Shown piece by piece: positions 37,979-48,476 of a stretch of DNA of 64,000 nucleotides. Numbering within the stretch: position 1 is the first letter of the stretch; the number at the start of each line of letters is the position of its first letter. This DNA is from an uncultured bacterium (lineage in GTDB: Bacteria > Babelota > Babeliae > Babelales > Babelaceae): contig OY970209.1 in NCBI GenBank assembly GCA_963713855.1, positions 896,001 to 960,000 of the forward strand, in the 5' to 3' direction. A program made the translations under genes and the position numbers. The notes beneath the pieces are model-generated. The model ran no database searches. It was not told the origin of the DNA and saw only the letters and a program-made list of their open reading frames with translations.

Positions 37979-39658
37979 ATGACGAAAGCATGGATCAATT
38001 TAGCGCGTTCAAGGCGTTCAAGGACGTTTGATGAGATTATCGGACAGGATCTTGCTGTAAGGCTTGTCAAAAACAGTCTTTACAAGCAACAGCTTTTTCC
38101 AGTGTATCTTTTGGCCGGACAACGTGGTTGTGGTAAAACAACGCTTGGGCGTGTTTTTGCTGCTGCCATTAATTGTCAGCAAAGGGAAGATTTTACCCTA
38201 AAACCGCTTCAAACAATTATACCTTGCCTTAAGTGTTCTTCATGTACGGCGATGCAAGAAAATAATCATCCAGATTTTTTTGAAATTGATGCGGCATCGC
38301 ATACGGGCGTAGATCATATTCGAGCTTTAATGGAAGGCGCTTCATTTTTGCCCTGTCTGGGTGGTAAAAAAATCTATCTTATTGATGAGGCACATATGCT
38401 CAGTAAAGCGGCATTTAACGCTTTACTAAAAATGTTAGAAGAACCACCTCCTTCAGTTATTTTTATGTTGGCAACAACCGATCCACATAAAGTACTTGAT
38501 ACTGTTCGCTCTCGCTGTTTTCAGCTTTTTTTAGATCCTATAGAACCATCTCTCCTTAAAGAGCACTTGGCACATGTGTGTGCATCAGAAAATATCGAAT
38601 ACGAAGAGTCAGCGCTCAATGCTATTGCCTACGAGTCTGAAGGATCAGTAAGAGATGCGCTTAACTGCTTAGAGCGTGTACGTCTTGCTTATGAGGCTAT
38701 CACGTATACTGCTGTAAGTGAGCTTTTGGGGGATGCACCGTATGATATGCTTATTACTCTTTTTGGCCACGCATTTCTAGGCACTCCAAAGGAACTTCTT
38801 TCTTCTTTACATGAGCTTTATAAAAAACAATGTAGTCCCATGAGAACCTGGAAAAAAGGCATTGATATTATACGCGGGCTTGCAACTATTAGCTGCGGGC
38901 TTCTTGATGAGACTTTAAAGCCGTATGAGCATCAACTTAACGCACTAGCGCGCGCCCTTACCATTGATCACATAGTTGAGGCTTTGGAACTATGGTACCA
39001 GGCGGAGCCCCTTTTTCTAAAAAGTCAGGCACAGCATACACTTATAGAGATGGTCTTCTTGCAAATTCAGAAAAAAAGAACCGTATCTGCTAAATCGAAT
39101 GAGCCCTTAGATGCAGTAAAACCGACTCAAAGCACACCAGTGCCAAGTCTTTATAGAGAAAGTGTGCCTTTAAAGGTTGAAAATGCTTCTTGGTCTTCAT
39201 TTATAAAAAGCATCGAAGCCAAAGACGATCCACTTATAGGTTCTATTTTTAAACAAGCGCTTTTTAAAGAGTACGATCATCCGATAGTTACACTTTCGTT
39301 TAGCCAAGACCTTACTTTTTTTAAGGAGCTTTTAGAACAGGCGAGAAATGTCTGGAAACCGTTACTGGAAAGTAACTTTGCTCAGGACGTAGATGTAGTT
39401 CTTGAGTTTACAGAGCCTATTGAAGGTACTTTGCCAAAAAAACCTCCGACTGAAGTTTTGCAAAAAAGTGCTCCTGTCAGACAAACTCCTTCGCCACAGG
39501 CTTATGCACCAAAATCAGGATCTGTATCTTATACACGCCCTAAAGGCATGGTAGAACCATCTTTGGGAAAATCGATTGATATTAGAAATACAGCACAGTG
39601 GAGTAAAGCGCATATGATATTAAAAGTTTTTCCCGGTACAGTAAGAGAGGAAGCATGA
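37979..39658 (+). CDS. dnaX: DNA polymerase III subunit gamma/tau
   Basis: GQRGCGKTT, Cys zinc motif, EIDAAS, IDEAHML, FNALLKMLEEPP, SRC. Confidence 0.96.
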   Translation: MTKAWINLARSRRSRTFDEIIGQDLAVRLVKNSLYKQQLFPVYLLAGQRGCGKTTLGRVFAAAINCQQREDFTLKPLQTIIPCLKCSSCTAMQENNHPDFFEIDAASHTGVDHIRALMEGASFLPCLGGKKIYLIDEAHMLSKAAFNALLKMLEEPPPSVIFMLATTDPHKVLDTVRSRCFQLFLDPIEPSLLKEHLAHVCASENIEYEESALNAIAYESEGSVRDALNCLERVRLAYEAITYTAVSELLGDAPYDMLITLFGHAFLGTPKELLSSLHELYKKQCSPMRTWKKGIDIIRGLATISCGLLDETLKPYEHQLNALARALTIDHIVEALELWYQAEPLFLKSQAQHTLIEMVFLQIQKKRTVSAKSNEPLDAVKPTQSTPVPSLYRESVPLKVENASWSSFIKSIEAKDDPLIGSIFKQALFKEYDHPIVTLSFSQDLTFFKELLEQARNVWKPLLESNFAQDVDVVLEFTEPIEGTLPKKPPTEVLQKSAPVRQTPSPQAYAPKSGSVSYTRPKGMVEPSLGKSIDIRNTAQWSKAHMILKVFPGTVREEA

Positions 39659-40986
39659 GTAAAGAGCCTTCTGTTGTATTGGTCGGCCGGACGAATGTCG
39701 GCAAATCTACTCTCTTTAATAGGCTTTCAAGCTCCGTTAAAAGTTTAACGCTTGATCTACCTGGCGTAACGCGAGATTTAGTAAAAGATCATGTTGAATG
39801 GCAGGGGAAAAAGTTTGAGCTTGTTGATACTGGCGGTATTAGCTTGCGTAAAACAAATGATGAGCTAGTGGAAAAAGTGCGCCAGCAGGTTCTCAAGATC
39901 ATTGAGGACGCCCAGATCATTTTGTATGTGGTAGATGGCTCTGTGGGTATAACGCAGGAAGATCGTGAAATCGCTAATTTTCTACATTCGCTACCCGCAA
40001 AGATCTTTGTCGTCTTTAATAAAAGCGATTGCATTCAGACGCAAGACCACTTTTATGAGGCTACAGGCCTTGGCTTTAAGGACATTTTTTTGGTATCAGC
40101 GGCACATGCCCGGGGAATCGATGAGCTTTTACATGCCATAAGTGATCATTTACCTTCAAGACTTTTAAAAGAAGAAACAAAGTCAAAGTACCGAATTATG
40201 CTTCTCGGAAGGCCAAATGTCGGAAAATCCTCTCTCATGAACTGTCTTCTTAATTTTGAGCGCTCTATCGTTTCAAATCAGCCGGGTACAACGCGTGAGC
40301 CTATTACAGAGTCGATAGCTTTTTATAAGGAATCACTTGCTCTTACCGATACGCCGGGTATACGTCGTAAGCGCGCTATTGATACTCAGCTTGAAACAAT
40401 GATGATAAAAAGTGCTTTTCAATCGCTCAAAAGCACCGACATAGTTGCACTTATTATTGATGCGACGGAAAAAGGTCTTGTAGATCAGGACCTTAAGCTT
40501 GCTTACTATGCATTTCAAGAAGAATACAAAGCACTCGTGTTGATTGTTAATAAGTATGATCTAGTTACTGAAAGTGACCAAGAAAGCCTTAATGAGAGCT
40601 TTGAGGCGTATAAGCATCTTGTCAAAAAGGTTCCTCTGCTTCGCATCTCATGTAAGACGGGTAAAAATATAGGTAAGCTCTTACCCACTTTCGAGGAAGT
40701 CTGGCAAAGGTACTCTCGAGAGTTTTCTGAAGTTGAACTTACGACCTTATTTTTAGCAGCATTACGTGATCGGCCTTTAGTGCAGACAAAGCAATTTCTA
40801 AAAATACGTCGAGTGTATCAGGTTAAAAAAGCGCCGCCTACGATCGTTCTTGAGGTTTATAACACCACACTCTGGCGGCCCTCGCATCTCAACTTTTTTG
40901 AAAATCTTATGCGTAAGGAGTATGACCTTGAAGGTGTTCCGCTACGTTTTATAATTAGAGGAAAACAGCCAAAGCGTCAGGAATAA
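39655..40986 (+). CDS. der: Ribosome biogenesis GTPase Der (EngA)
   Basis: Two G domains (GRTNVGKS, DTGG, NKSD; GRPNVGKS, DTPG, NKYD) plus KH-like C-terminus. Confidence 0.96.
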   Translation: MSKEPSVVLVGRTNVGKSTLFNRLSSSVKSLTLDLPGVTRDLVKDHVEWQGKKFELVDTGGISLRKTNDELVEKVRQQVLKIIEDAQIILYVVDGSVGITQEDREIANFLHSLPAKIFVVFNKSDCIQTQDHFYEATGLGFKDIFLVSAAHARGIDELLHAISDHLPSRLLKEETKSKYRIMLLGRPNVGKSSLMNCLLNFERSIVSNQPGTTREPITESIAFYKESLALTDTPGIRRKRAIDTQLETMMIKSAFQSLKSTDIVALIIDATEKGLVDQDLKLAYYAFQEEYKALVLIVNKYDLVTESDQESLNESFEAYKHLVKKVPLLRISCKTGKNIGKLLPTFEEVWQRYSREFSEVELTTLFLAALRDRPLVQTKQFLKIRRVYQVKKAPPTIVLEVYNTTLWRPSHLNFFENLMRKEYDLEGVPLRFIIRGKQPKRQE

Positions 40987-41078
40987 CCTTCATCAACCTC
41001 GTGACACCTGAAGACACCCTGTGAAGCGCTGATCCTCTTAAGCCAGACGTGACATTCAAAACATGCTCACCAAGTTTC

Positions 41079-41620
41079 TTAATTAATGTATACGTTTGTA
41101 AGCCCTGTATATTGTTGGTAGGCCGGAGCACCAGCCGCAAAAGTTAGGTGGACCATAACTAATAAGTGATACTGAACTTCCTTCATTGGAATTAGCAATT
41201 TCTTCAGTGATGGTAATTTGATGTTGCCAATTAGTTCCGTCTCGTCCATAAAGCTCAGTTGCGCCGACCGTGAAAGCCCAGGTGGAATTAGGTGCTCCCG
41301 CTGCAAGAGCACTTCCATCGGCTGATAACGATATTGAGTTCCCGATCTGACATAGATGTGCGTTTGGCCTATCGATGTGCCATTAGCACCTGGCGCACCA
41401 ACAGCAAGTGTATTGCCATTAGCAGATAATGAAACAGAGCTTCCTTCGTTTGAGTTAGCTATTTGCATTGATAGGCTTGCTTTCGGATACCAAGTATTTG
41501 CATGCTTTGTATAAATCTTTGTTGCACCTTGAGAGTTAAAATTTGGAGCTCCAACTGCAAGTGTTCCACCATCTGCAGATAGTGCGACTGAGACGCCTTC
41601 GTACGAATTTATAGAGCCAG
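41079..41620 (-). pseudogene. Degraded FG-GAP/integrin-alpha-like beta-propeller repeat gene
   Basis: Repeats SVALSADGGTLAVGAP and SVSLSANGNTLAVGAP; a third repeat SISLSADGSALAAGAP lies in another frame after an apparent deletion at ~41340; a fourth is split by another frameshift; no credible 5' start. Confidence 0.75.
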
Positions 41621-42001
41621 CCACTCTGTGCTTGCAGATACCATTACGCAAGTTTTTTTTCTTGTGGTTTAGCGGGTTGAAGTTGCAATGTATTTGACCG
41701 GCAAACAAGCACAAGATTCAGGCTTCATCTACATTTGGTAATAACGCATCTCAGTGCTTTGTCAATTGCCCAACTAGTGTCTCACGCATTAAAAAAATTA
41801 TTCTCGTCAAACTACCAATCTACGCATCTTTTAAACCAGTGCTTAAATTTGCTTGAGTTTGTCGGTATCTAGCTCATAGACAAGGGGAAATTTGCCATGA
41901 CTTAAGCCTCCAGTTACATGCTCGGTTGTTTACTTAGTGAGCGTTTTTGTGTAAAACTAAAGCACAGGTAATTTTACGCTTTTTTACGGGGGATTGCAGC
42001 T

Positions 42002-42343
42002 ATGAACGAGCCTAAAATACAAATTACTTTTAGACATATGGAGCCGTCTCCTGTTATTGAGAAAAATGCTTACAAGCACCTTGAAAAACTCAATAAATTT
42101 CTTGCCTCCGAGCGCACGCCAATTTTTATTGAGCTTGTGTTAGAGGCCCAGCGTGTACATCATCACCATCGCGTCGAGTTACGCGTTAAAACACCACACT
42201 ATGACATCAATGTCCATCGTGAAGGCCCTGAGCTATATCTCATCATGGATGAGGTTATTGATATTGCAGAGCAGGATCTGAGAAAAGCTAAAGAAAAGCG
42301 CCTTTCAACTAATCATAGTGGCCCATTTGTGCGACCGGGTTAA
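42002..42343 (+). CDS. raiA: Ribosome hibernation factor (RaiA/short HPF)
   Basis: IQITFRHMEPS...HLEKLNKF...ELYLIMDEVID...LRKAKEK. Confidence 0.85.
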   Translation: MNEPKIQITFRHMEPSPVIEKNAYKHLEKLNKFLASERTPIFIELVLEAQRVHHHHRVELRVKTPHYDINVHREGPELYLIMDEVIDIAEQDLRKAKEKRLSTNHSGPFVRPG

Positions 42344-43716
42344 TGCAAAGGCACGAGACTTTCTATCTCATTTTGTAGCTCTTCGGGTTTATAGGAGGCT
42401 ATTTCGCTTGTCCATTTTTTATGTACTTTTTGAGTAGCAGGATCAAAGAGTATAAGCGAAGGAAAGCCCTGGATTCCAAATTGTTTCATTAGGCTTTTTG
42501 TATCTGCATCACTTTGATCACTAGCATCAACCGTCACAAAAATGACTTTTGGCAGGTTAAGGTGCCTAAGTACATTTGTTTCTACGCTTTTACAGACTGT
42601 GCACCAGCTTGCTGTAAAATCTATCAGTAATGGCTGCTGCAACGTTGTTGCTTTTTTTAAGGCTTCGCTATAGTTGATAAACCACTGGCTTAAAGTTCTC
42701 TCTTGGCCTTCTTGGTTAAAGGCGTAGGTACCAAAAGCTATCCCTAAGCCTCCCAAGAGTAAGAACATAGAAAGTTTATAAGCACACATGCCCTTTTTGG
42801 GCTCATCTTTTAATAAAGAAAAGTAATAGGCGCTAAGACCAAGGCATAAAGCTGTTCCTACTAGGAGTACCATTGTAATAGGCAGTATAAAGCTTAAGTA
42901 ATATAAGCAGGTTGCTAAAAGGGTTAGCCCAAAGAACTTTTTGACTTCGATCATCCAGCTACCAGCACGCGGTAAAAATCGTAGACTTTGTGAGAACGAG
43001 CTTATAAGAAGGAGAGGAACGCTTGAACCTAAACCGAAAAGGAATAGGAGCAAAAACCCCTGCGCTTGGCTTTCAAGTTGTGCAACAATGCTCAAGAGTA
43101 ATGCAAGGCCAGGCGATAAACACGGTGATGCCATTGTGCCGGTGGCTATACCAAAAAGAAACGAAGTCGTTAAGCCACCTTTTTTGGTGTTTTGGAGCGA
43201 CGAGCTTGAAAAAAACTGTGGTATATAGAGGGGATAAAAATCAAAGAGCGAAAAAGCCATGTACCCGAGGAGAACAACGATCGTTATAATGAACCACGGA
43301 TTATTAAAAAGTGCTCCATGGTAGGCAGTTCCCGAGGCTACTAAAAGTCCAAGGAGCGCAAATGTTGTTGCAAGCCCCGTAGTGTATGCAAAAGCATGGA
43401 TGGTATGCTGGAGCCATGACTGACCACCTCGTGCTTGCAAAATGCCTACCGTAATGGGAATCATCGGATAAATGCAGGGCGTTAAGCTCATCAAAATGCC
43501 AAGCAAAAAAGCGATTAAAAAGCGAAGCCAAACAGAGTCGGCTTTTTTCAGTAAATCGCTAAAATAACTGGATGTTTTTTTAATAGCACTCTGAACGGCT
43601 TGGAACGTACTTGTCGCGCTAACGCTTGTATGGGGTTGAGGCATCGGTTCAATTGATCCACCGCCCATAAAGCTAAAGAGCATGCCCATAAAGATTAAAA
43701 AATGTGCTTGAGCCAT
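42340..43716 (-). CDS. dsbD: DsbD/CcdA-family thiol:disulfide interchange protein (TM plus thioredoxin domain)
   Basis: SLTPCIYPMIPI, ASPCLSP, PRAGSWM, DFTASWCTVCK. Confidence 0.88.
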   Translation of the reverse strand: MAQAHFLIFMGMLFSFMGGGSIEPMPQPHTSVSATSTFQAVQSAIKKTSSYFSDLLKKADSVWLRFLIAFLLGILMSLTPCIYPMIPITVGILQARGGQSWLQHTIHAFAYTTGLATTFALLGLLVASGTAYHGALFNNPWFIITIVVLLGYMAFSLFDFYPLYIPQFFSSSSLQNTKKGGLTTSFLFGIATGTMASPCLSPGLALLLSIVAQLESQAQGFLLLFLFGLGSSVPLLLISSFSQSLRFLPRAGSWMIEVKKFFGLTLLATCLYYLSFILPITMVLLVGTALCLGLSAYYFSLLKDEPKKGMCAYKLSMFLLLGGLGIAFGTYAFNQEGQERTLSQWFINYSEALKKATTLQQPLLIDFTASWCTVCKSVETNVLRHLNLPKVIFVTVDASDQSDADTKSLMKQFGIQGFPSLILFDPATQKVHKKWTSEIASYKPEELQNEIESLVPLH

Positions 43717-43813
43717 GATTGTGGGCCTTTATATACTATCTATTGAAAAACTGAGAACTTTTGTTAACCTAAGTATACAGTAAAAGAAAACACTCGCCAG
43801 AGTGGATGATTTT

Positions 43814-43889
43814 GGGGCTGTAGCTCAGTTGGTAGAGCGCATGGATGGCATTCATGAGGTCACCGGTTCGATCCCGGTCAGCTCCACCA
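43814..43889 (+). tRNA. tRNA-Ala(GGC)
   Basis: 76 nt; GGGGCTG acceptor stem with G3:U70; anticodon loop AT-GGC-AT; GGTTCGATCCC; CCA encoded. Confidence 0.96.
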
Positions 43890-43987
43890 GATTAAATCCC
43901 AAAGTCCGTCTTAATGCGACTTCGAATTGAAGGCTTTCTTTTTAAATGTATACTTGTTGCTTGATACCCCCGCAAGCGAGGCTTTTT

Positions 43988-44671
43988 ATGGCAGCCACTC
44001 ATTTACATTACCTGCATGATATGGGTCAACTATCTTGCAAGGCACATGTTGTTCATGTTACAAAGGACGATGAAATGTACTCTGTAGTCCTTAATGAAAC
44101 TGTTTTTTATCCGCAGGGAGGTGGTCAGCCCTCTGATCTGGGGACCATGCAAAGTGATCGAGCACTTTTTAACGTACTTCATGTATCTATTGAAGATGGA
44201 GTTGTGTACCATAAAGGAACATTTAAGGAGGCTCCTTTTACTAAAGGGGATAAGGTTGAGCTCAATGTAGATGCTTCATTACGTGCACTTCACAGTAGAA
44301 TTCACACGGCTGGGCATGTGATTGATTACGCTCTTTCCAATCTTGGTTATTCACTGATTTCTGGAAAAGGGTACCACTTTCCACAAGGGCCTTATGTTGA
44401 ATATCGGGGTACACTCGAGCAATCGGAGCGCGACGCGCTCGTCCCTCGCTTAGAACAAGCGGCAAATAGCTTGGTTAAAGCGGAATTAAAAACGTCTATC
44501 AAGTTTATCGATAATGACTTAAAAAGAAGGTCATTAGTTATTGATAACTTTCCTCCCTTCTTATGTGGCGGAACTCACGTACTTACTACTAAAGACATAG
44601 GCCACATTCTCATTCGCAAAATCAAAAATGACAAAGGTAATATTCGCGTAAGCTACGCAATTACGGAGTAA
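43988..44671 (+). CDS. alaX: Freestanding alanyl-tRNA editing protein (AlaX-M type)
   Basis: TVFYPQGGGQPSDLG, HTAGH, CGGTH. Confidence 0.9.
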   Translation: MAATHLHYLHDMGQLSCKAHVVHVTKDDEMYSVVLNETVFYPQGGGQPSDLGTMQSDRALFNVLHVSIEDGVVYHKGTFKEAPFTKGDKVELNVDASLRALHSRIHTAGHVIDYALSNLGYSLISGKGYHFPQGPYVEYRGTLEQSERDALVPRLEQAANSLVKAELKTSIKFIDNDLKRRSLVIDNFPPFLCGGTHVLTTKDIGHILIRKIKNDKGNIRVSYAITE

Positions 44672-44799
44672 TTACCCAGTAATACGAGCCGAAGAAAGCA
44701 ACGTCCATATGAGATCGAAGCGTTTCTTCGAAAGCTCTGAGCGGACAAAGCCTACCATCTGCTTGCGATAGGATCAAACTTATTTACTATGTCGCGCGC

Positions 44800-47016
44800 C
44801 TAGAGCTCCATTTTGACGAGAGAGCCAATGCTGTAGAGCAGGTGAATAATGAACCCATGAACTGTTGCGGCGGCTGAAACTACTTTTTCTCCGTTAGTCG
44901 ATTCTTCTGTATTGCCAGGCGACTTAAGCAAAGTGCTTAACTTACTAATCGCAGTCGAGTAAATGTGTCTTTCTCTGGCATTTTCGGTTTGCTCTAGTAA
45001 TCTCTGAAGTTTGAAGTACACATTTTCTACGATTTCAGGCGATATCTGTAATAAAGTTGTAATATCAAGGTTGTTTATAGATTTAGCTTGCAAAAGAGAA
45101 TTTTTCTCATTAGTGATTAAAGCTACTAATTCATTATTTCGGCCTTCTATTGTATCGTGCTCAACGGTTGCAAAAGCAAAGAGCTTGTCTCCACTCGTTG
45201 AATTGTTAGCAGCAGCGATGCGATCTTTTAGTCCGGCTCTGGCTGCAAAGATAACATCTGAGGGTAACAATTGTGTTATGACAAAAAAGAGCTGCTCATC
45301 AAAAACAGTTTTTTCGCTAACGCTTAATGGCCGTGATAATAGCTCTGGCAATAGCGAGTTCTGCATATCGTTATTTGCAAAAGCCATGGTAAGCAATAAA
45401 AAGAATTTTTGTTCATCCGTAAAATGATATTCTTGAGCTGATTGAGCTTGAACCCTATCAATTGCTTGCGAGACAAGTGCATAATTGGCCGAGTTCATGG
45501 GCAAAATACTCAGAGCGTGCAAAATAGTATGACGCAAAATTAATGGATCGCGCTCTTCCCTCAATAATTGGACTACAAAGTGTTGAGCATGTCTGATGCT
45601 GCCTACGTTTGGCGATTCAATACCCTCCGCGCTTTCTCTCACATGTTTAAAAGCCGAGACGGTGACTGCAGTTATCAATTTTTTTCTCTTCTCTTGAACG
45701 TCTTCATTGGCAAAAGCCTGAGTAAGATCGGGTATTATTTCATGTGCCCCAAAAGATGCCAGAGTATCCATTAGATAAGAAAATGTCTGCATATCGCCCT
45801 GTTGGGCTGTTTTCAATAAATAATTCAGCTTTTCTTGCCGAAGAACACGCACGTTTCTCAGGTAGTCGTGTAGGTGCTCATCGGATAAGTTATTTTGATC
45901 CAAAGTACCCGAAGTTTCAGGAGGAAGAACGTTTATGTCTGGTAAAACATCGTTTCGCTGATAAACAAAGGTGTTAAAGACAGTCAACGGAGTAGGCAAC
46001 TTTGGAAAGCCCAAACCGCCATCTAAAATAACATCTCTTTGAAAAGCTTTTTCATAACAATATATGACGAAAGTATCACAACGAAACCGCCCTCTGATCA
46101 TTGCTTTCTCTGTTGAAAATCCGTTACGTGATTCATCATACACGGCTCGGGAAGCATAACCTCCCTCTTGATACGCAAAATCTAACGTGTATTCCGGATC
46201 AAACTTTAATTGATTGAGGCCAGCTTGTAATGCAGCCGCAGCTTTGGACTTATGAACGAAAATCTTCCCCTACAGATTAGTCAAAGCTCTCAGTCCATAC
46301 CGTTCTCCCCAATAGGGACTCTCAAATTCAAAAGAGCGCATGGTGTTAACGTTGATTACTTTACTATTGTTTAACGCCTCTAAAACAAAATTTCCGTATT
46401 GGTAGGTATTAAGATCGAAATCGAGCGCCAATCCGACGTGCCCCAGCCACCCGGTCGCTGCTCCTTCGTTTAAATCTCGGCCTACCACATCCGCCAAGCA
46501 GACCGGAGGCTCATTGGTGCAGCAACGTCTGCTGCTGCCCTGCTCACAGTGGCCGACCCTTGTTCCAGCAGGACAGCCATAGAGTGGAAAGATACCATGA
46601 GAAACAAGTTCAACTCCGTACGTCCCCCTTTTGCACCAAGAAGCCCATGTTTCAGCCTTCACAGCTCCTGGTTGCTTCATTACATCCGCATAGTCGAAAG
46701 GGTTAAAAAAGCCTACTGGAGGCATTCCCCCGTATCCGTTGAAGACAGGCTTCTCCCATTGGCAATTTTGCCCAGGGGGTAATTCATTAAATAGCTGCGT
46801 TACTAAGTCATTTTTATCTTTTGCTTTGTACTTAAACTCATAGTGTTCGGTATGGCAGCTGTCAATCTTTGTTGGCGGTAACGCATGAGTGGGGGGTGTC
46901 GAATACCATTCCTCCAAAAACACGGGTAGCACCCTCTCGCCAGCTAGTCGAGAAAATGGACACAAAAGTAGAATGGACAGCTTTAAAAAAATGAATGACC
47001 TTCTCCGATAATTCAT
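44800..47016 (-). pseudogene. Single secreted permuted papain-like (NlpC/P60 superfamily) gene interrupted by one in-frame TAG at 46270-46272
   Basis: ORFs 46270-47082 and 44800-46143 are in the same frame with no other stop between them. GHVG (His) precedes the stop, RCDTFV (Cys) follows it. Signal peptide from ATG 47016. Confidence 0.7.
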
Positions 47017-47568
47017 AGAACACCTCCACAGAAACTCGATGAAGTCCCACCAAGACACGCAAGCGCAGCGTAACACTCTCACAGCGGAAAGTCAAAAAAC
47101 AAAATTATTAGGCAAAGTTTTCAGGGTTTCAACACACGCAAGCAAACTCTTTTATTGACGTAATACCTTGATTTTGTGCGCGGCGTCTGATCTTCAGGCC
47201 ATGCCCTCACCTTGGGCATGTTAAGAGAGAATATCATAGGATGATTGAGCACTTATGATTGTGCGTTTTAGCCAGCCTAACCTTTCTCGAGCGAAATAAT
47301 GTTGTTATAGAAACCGATTTTGATAGTCTCGTGAATTTGGCTGTAGAGGTAGCATCTTCGAATATAACTAAAGATCAAATTGCCCGATTTCTAGAGCAGA
47401 CCTCAGTCAAATGATTCATAGTTATTAAGCTGCTAAGATAAATAGGCTTGCCTAACTAACAGAGATGATGCTTTAATAGAGTATGCGAGCTTGATTAAAT
47501 TTTTATGAGCTTTAGCTTTATTATCAAAAAAGGACTTACATGTTTTTTTCATTGACATATGTACACTG

Positions 47569-48471
47569 ATGAAAAGTATTCGATACGTCTTTCTTATTCT
47601 CACGATTATTTTTCATTCTTCGTGTCAAGCAACAACTGAAGTCTATGACTACGAGCTCTATCCTCATACTGTATATGTTGCGGATCCCACCGGTTTTCCT
47701 AACGAGTTTGTTTTAGCGCCAACGGTTTCACAATTCTGTCAGCAAAGCGATACTCGTTTTGAAGAACGCCTTTGGGGCGGTGTGATAGGGACTTTGCGGC
47801 TTGTGCGAGAGCCCTGGTGGATCGAGTGCATAACTGCGTACGCTACTGAGCGATTGCGCTTTAAAGATACCGGTATACATGGAAAGCTATCGCGCACCGG
47901 ATTTGACGACTTTCTTATAGATTGTGGGGGAAATTTTTTTCTTGATGAGGAAGGTAAGGTGCAGCTTAGTCTTCACTTTCTTACAGGTATCCCTCTTTTT
48001 AAGAGGGTCATTCGCGAGGAAGTTGAGCAGCCACTTGTTGGAACCCGAACATTCAATATAGGGCCAGCCGTAGATTTTACCTACGAGTTTATACGATCAG
48101 AGAAAGTGGAGCTTTTTGCAGCGGTTATAGCGCGCGTTCTTCATAGATTTTCACGAAAATATACGCCAATTTTTCCGCCCGAGGCACGCTTTTCACCGGG
48201 CAATGTAACGGATCTCGTATTTCTTATGCACTACCGTAACGGTAGCCACAACGTTGAAGCCGGATACAATCCAACATTTATAACCAATCAATCTTTAGAT
48301 TTTCCGCTTTTTAAGCAGAAAATTCCTTCGGTTAATCTATCCTCATTCTACGCACTCTATACCTATTACATCCAAAACCCAGCTATGTCAGTTCAGGCGG
48401 GATTTAATTACACTTTTAATCGGGCTATAAAACAGCCTACATGGTTTTTTTTGATCACGTGGTATTTTTGA
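47569..48471 (+). CDS. Hypothetical exported protein, probable outer-membrane beta-barrel
   Basis: Signal peptide; aromatic-rich alternating strands; C-terminal ...LITWYF. Confidence 0.55.
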   Translation: MKSIRYVFLILTIIFHSSCQATTEVYDYELYPHTVYVADPTGFPNEFVLAPTVSQFCQQSDTRFEERLWGGVIGTLRLVREPWWIECITAYATERLRFKDTGIHGKLSRTGFDDFLIDCGGNFFLDEEGKVQLSLHFLTGIPLFKRVIREEVEQPLVGTRTFNIGPAVDFTYEFIRSEKVELFAAVIARVLHRFSRKYTPIFPPEARFSPGNVTDLVFLMHYRNGSHNVEAGYNPTFITNQSLDFPLFKQKIPSVNLSSFYALYTYYIQNPAMSVQAGFNYTFNRAIKQPTWFFLITWYF

Positions 48472-48476
48472 GCGGC

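Noticed and set aside
46270..46272. Genome-wide TAG reassignment or pyrrolysine
   Set aside because: TAG terminates ordinary genes here (rpsB, tolB), and no pyl genes or suppressor tRNA are visible.
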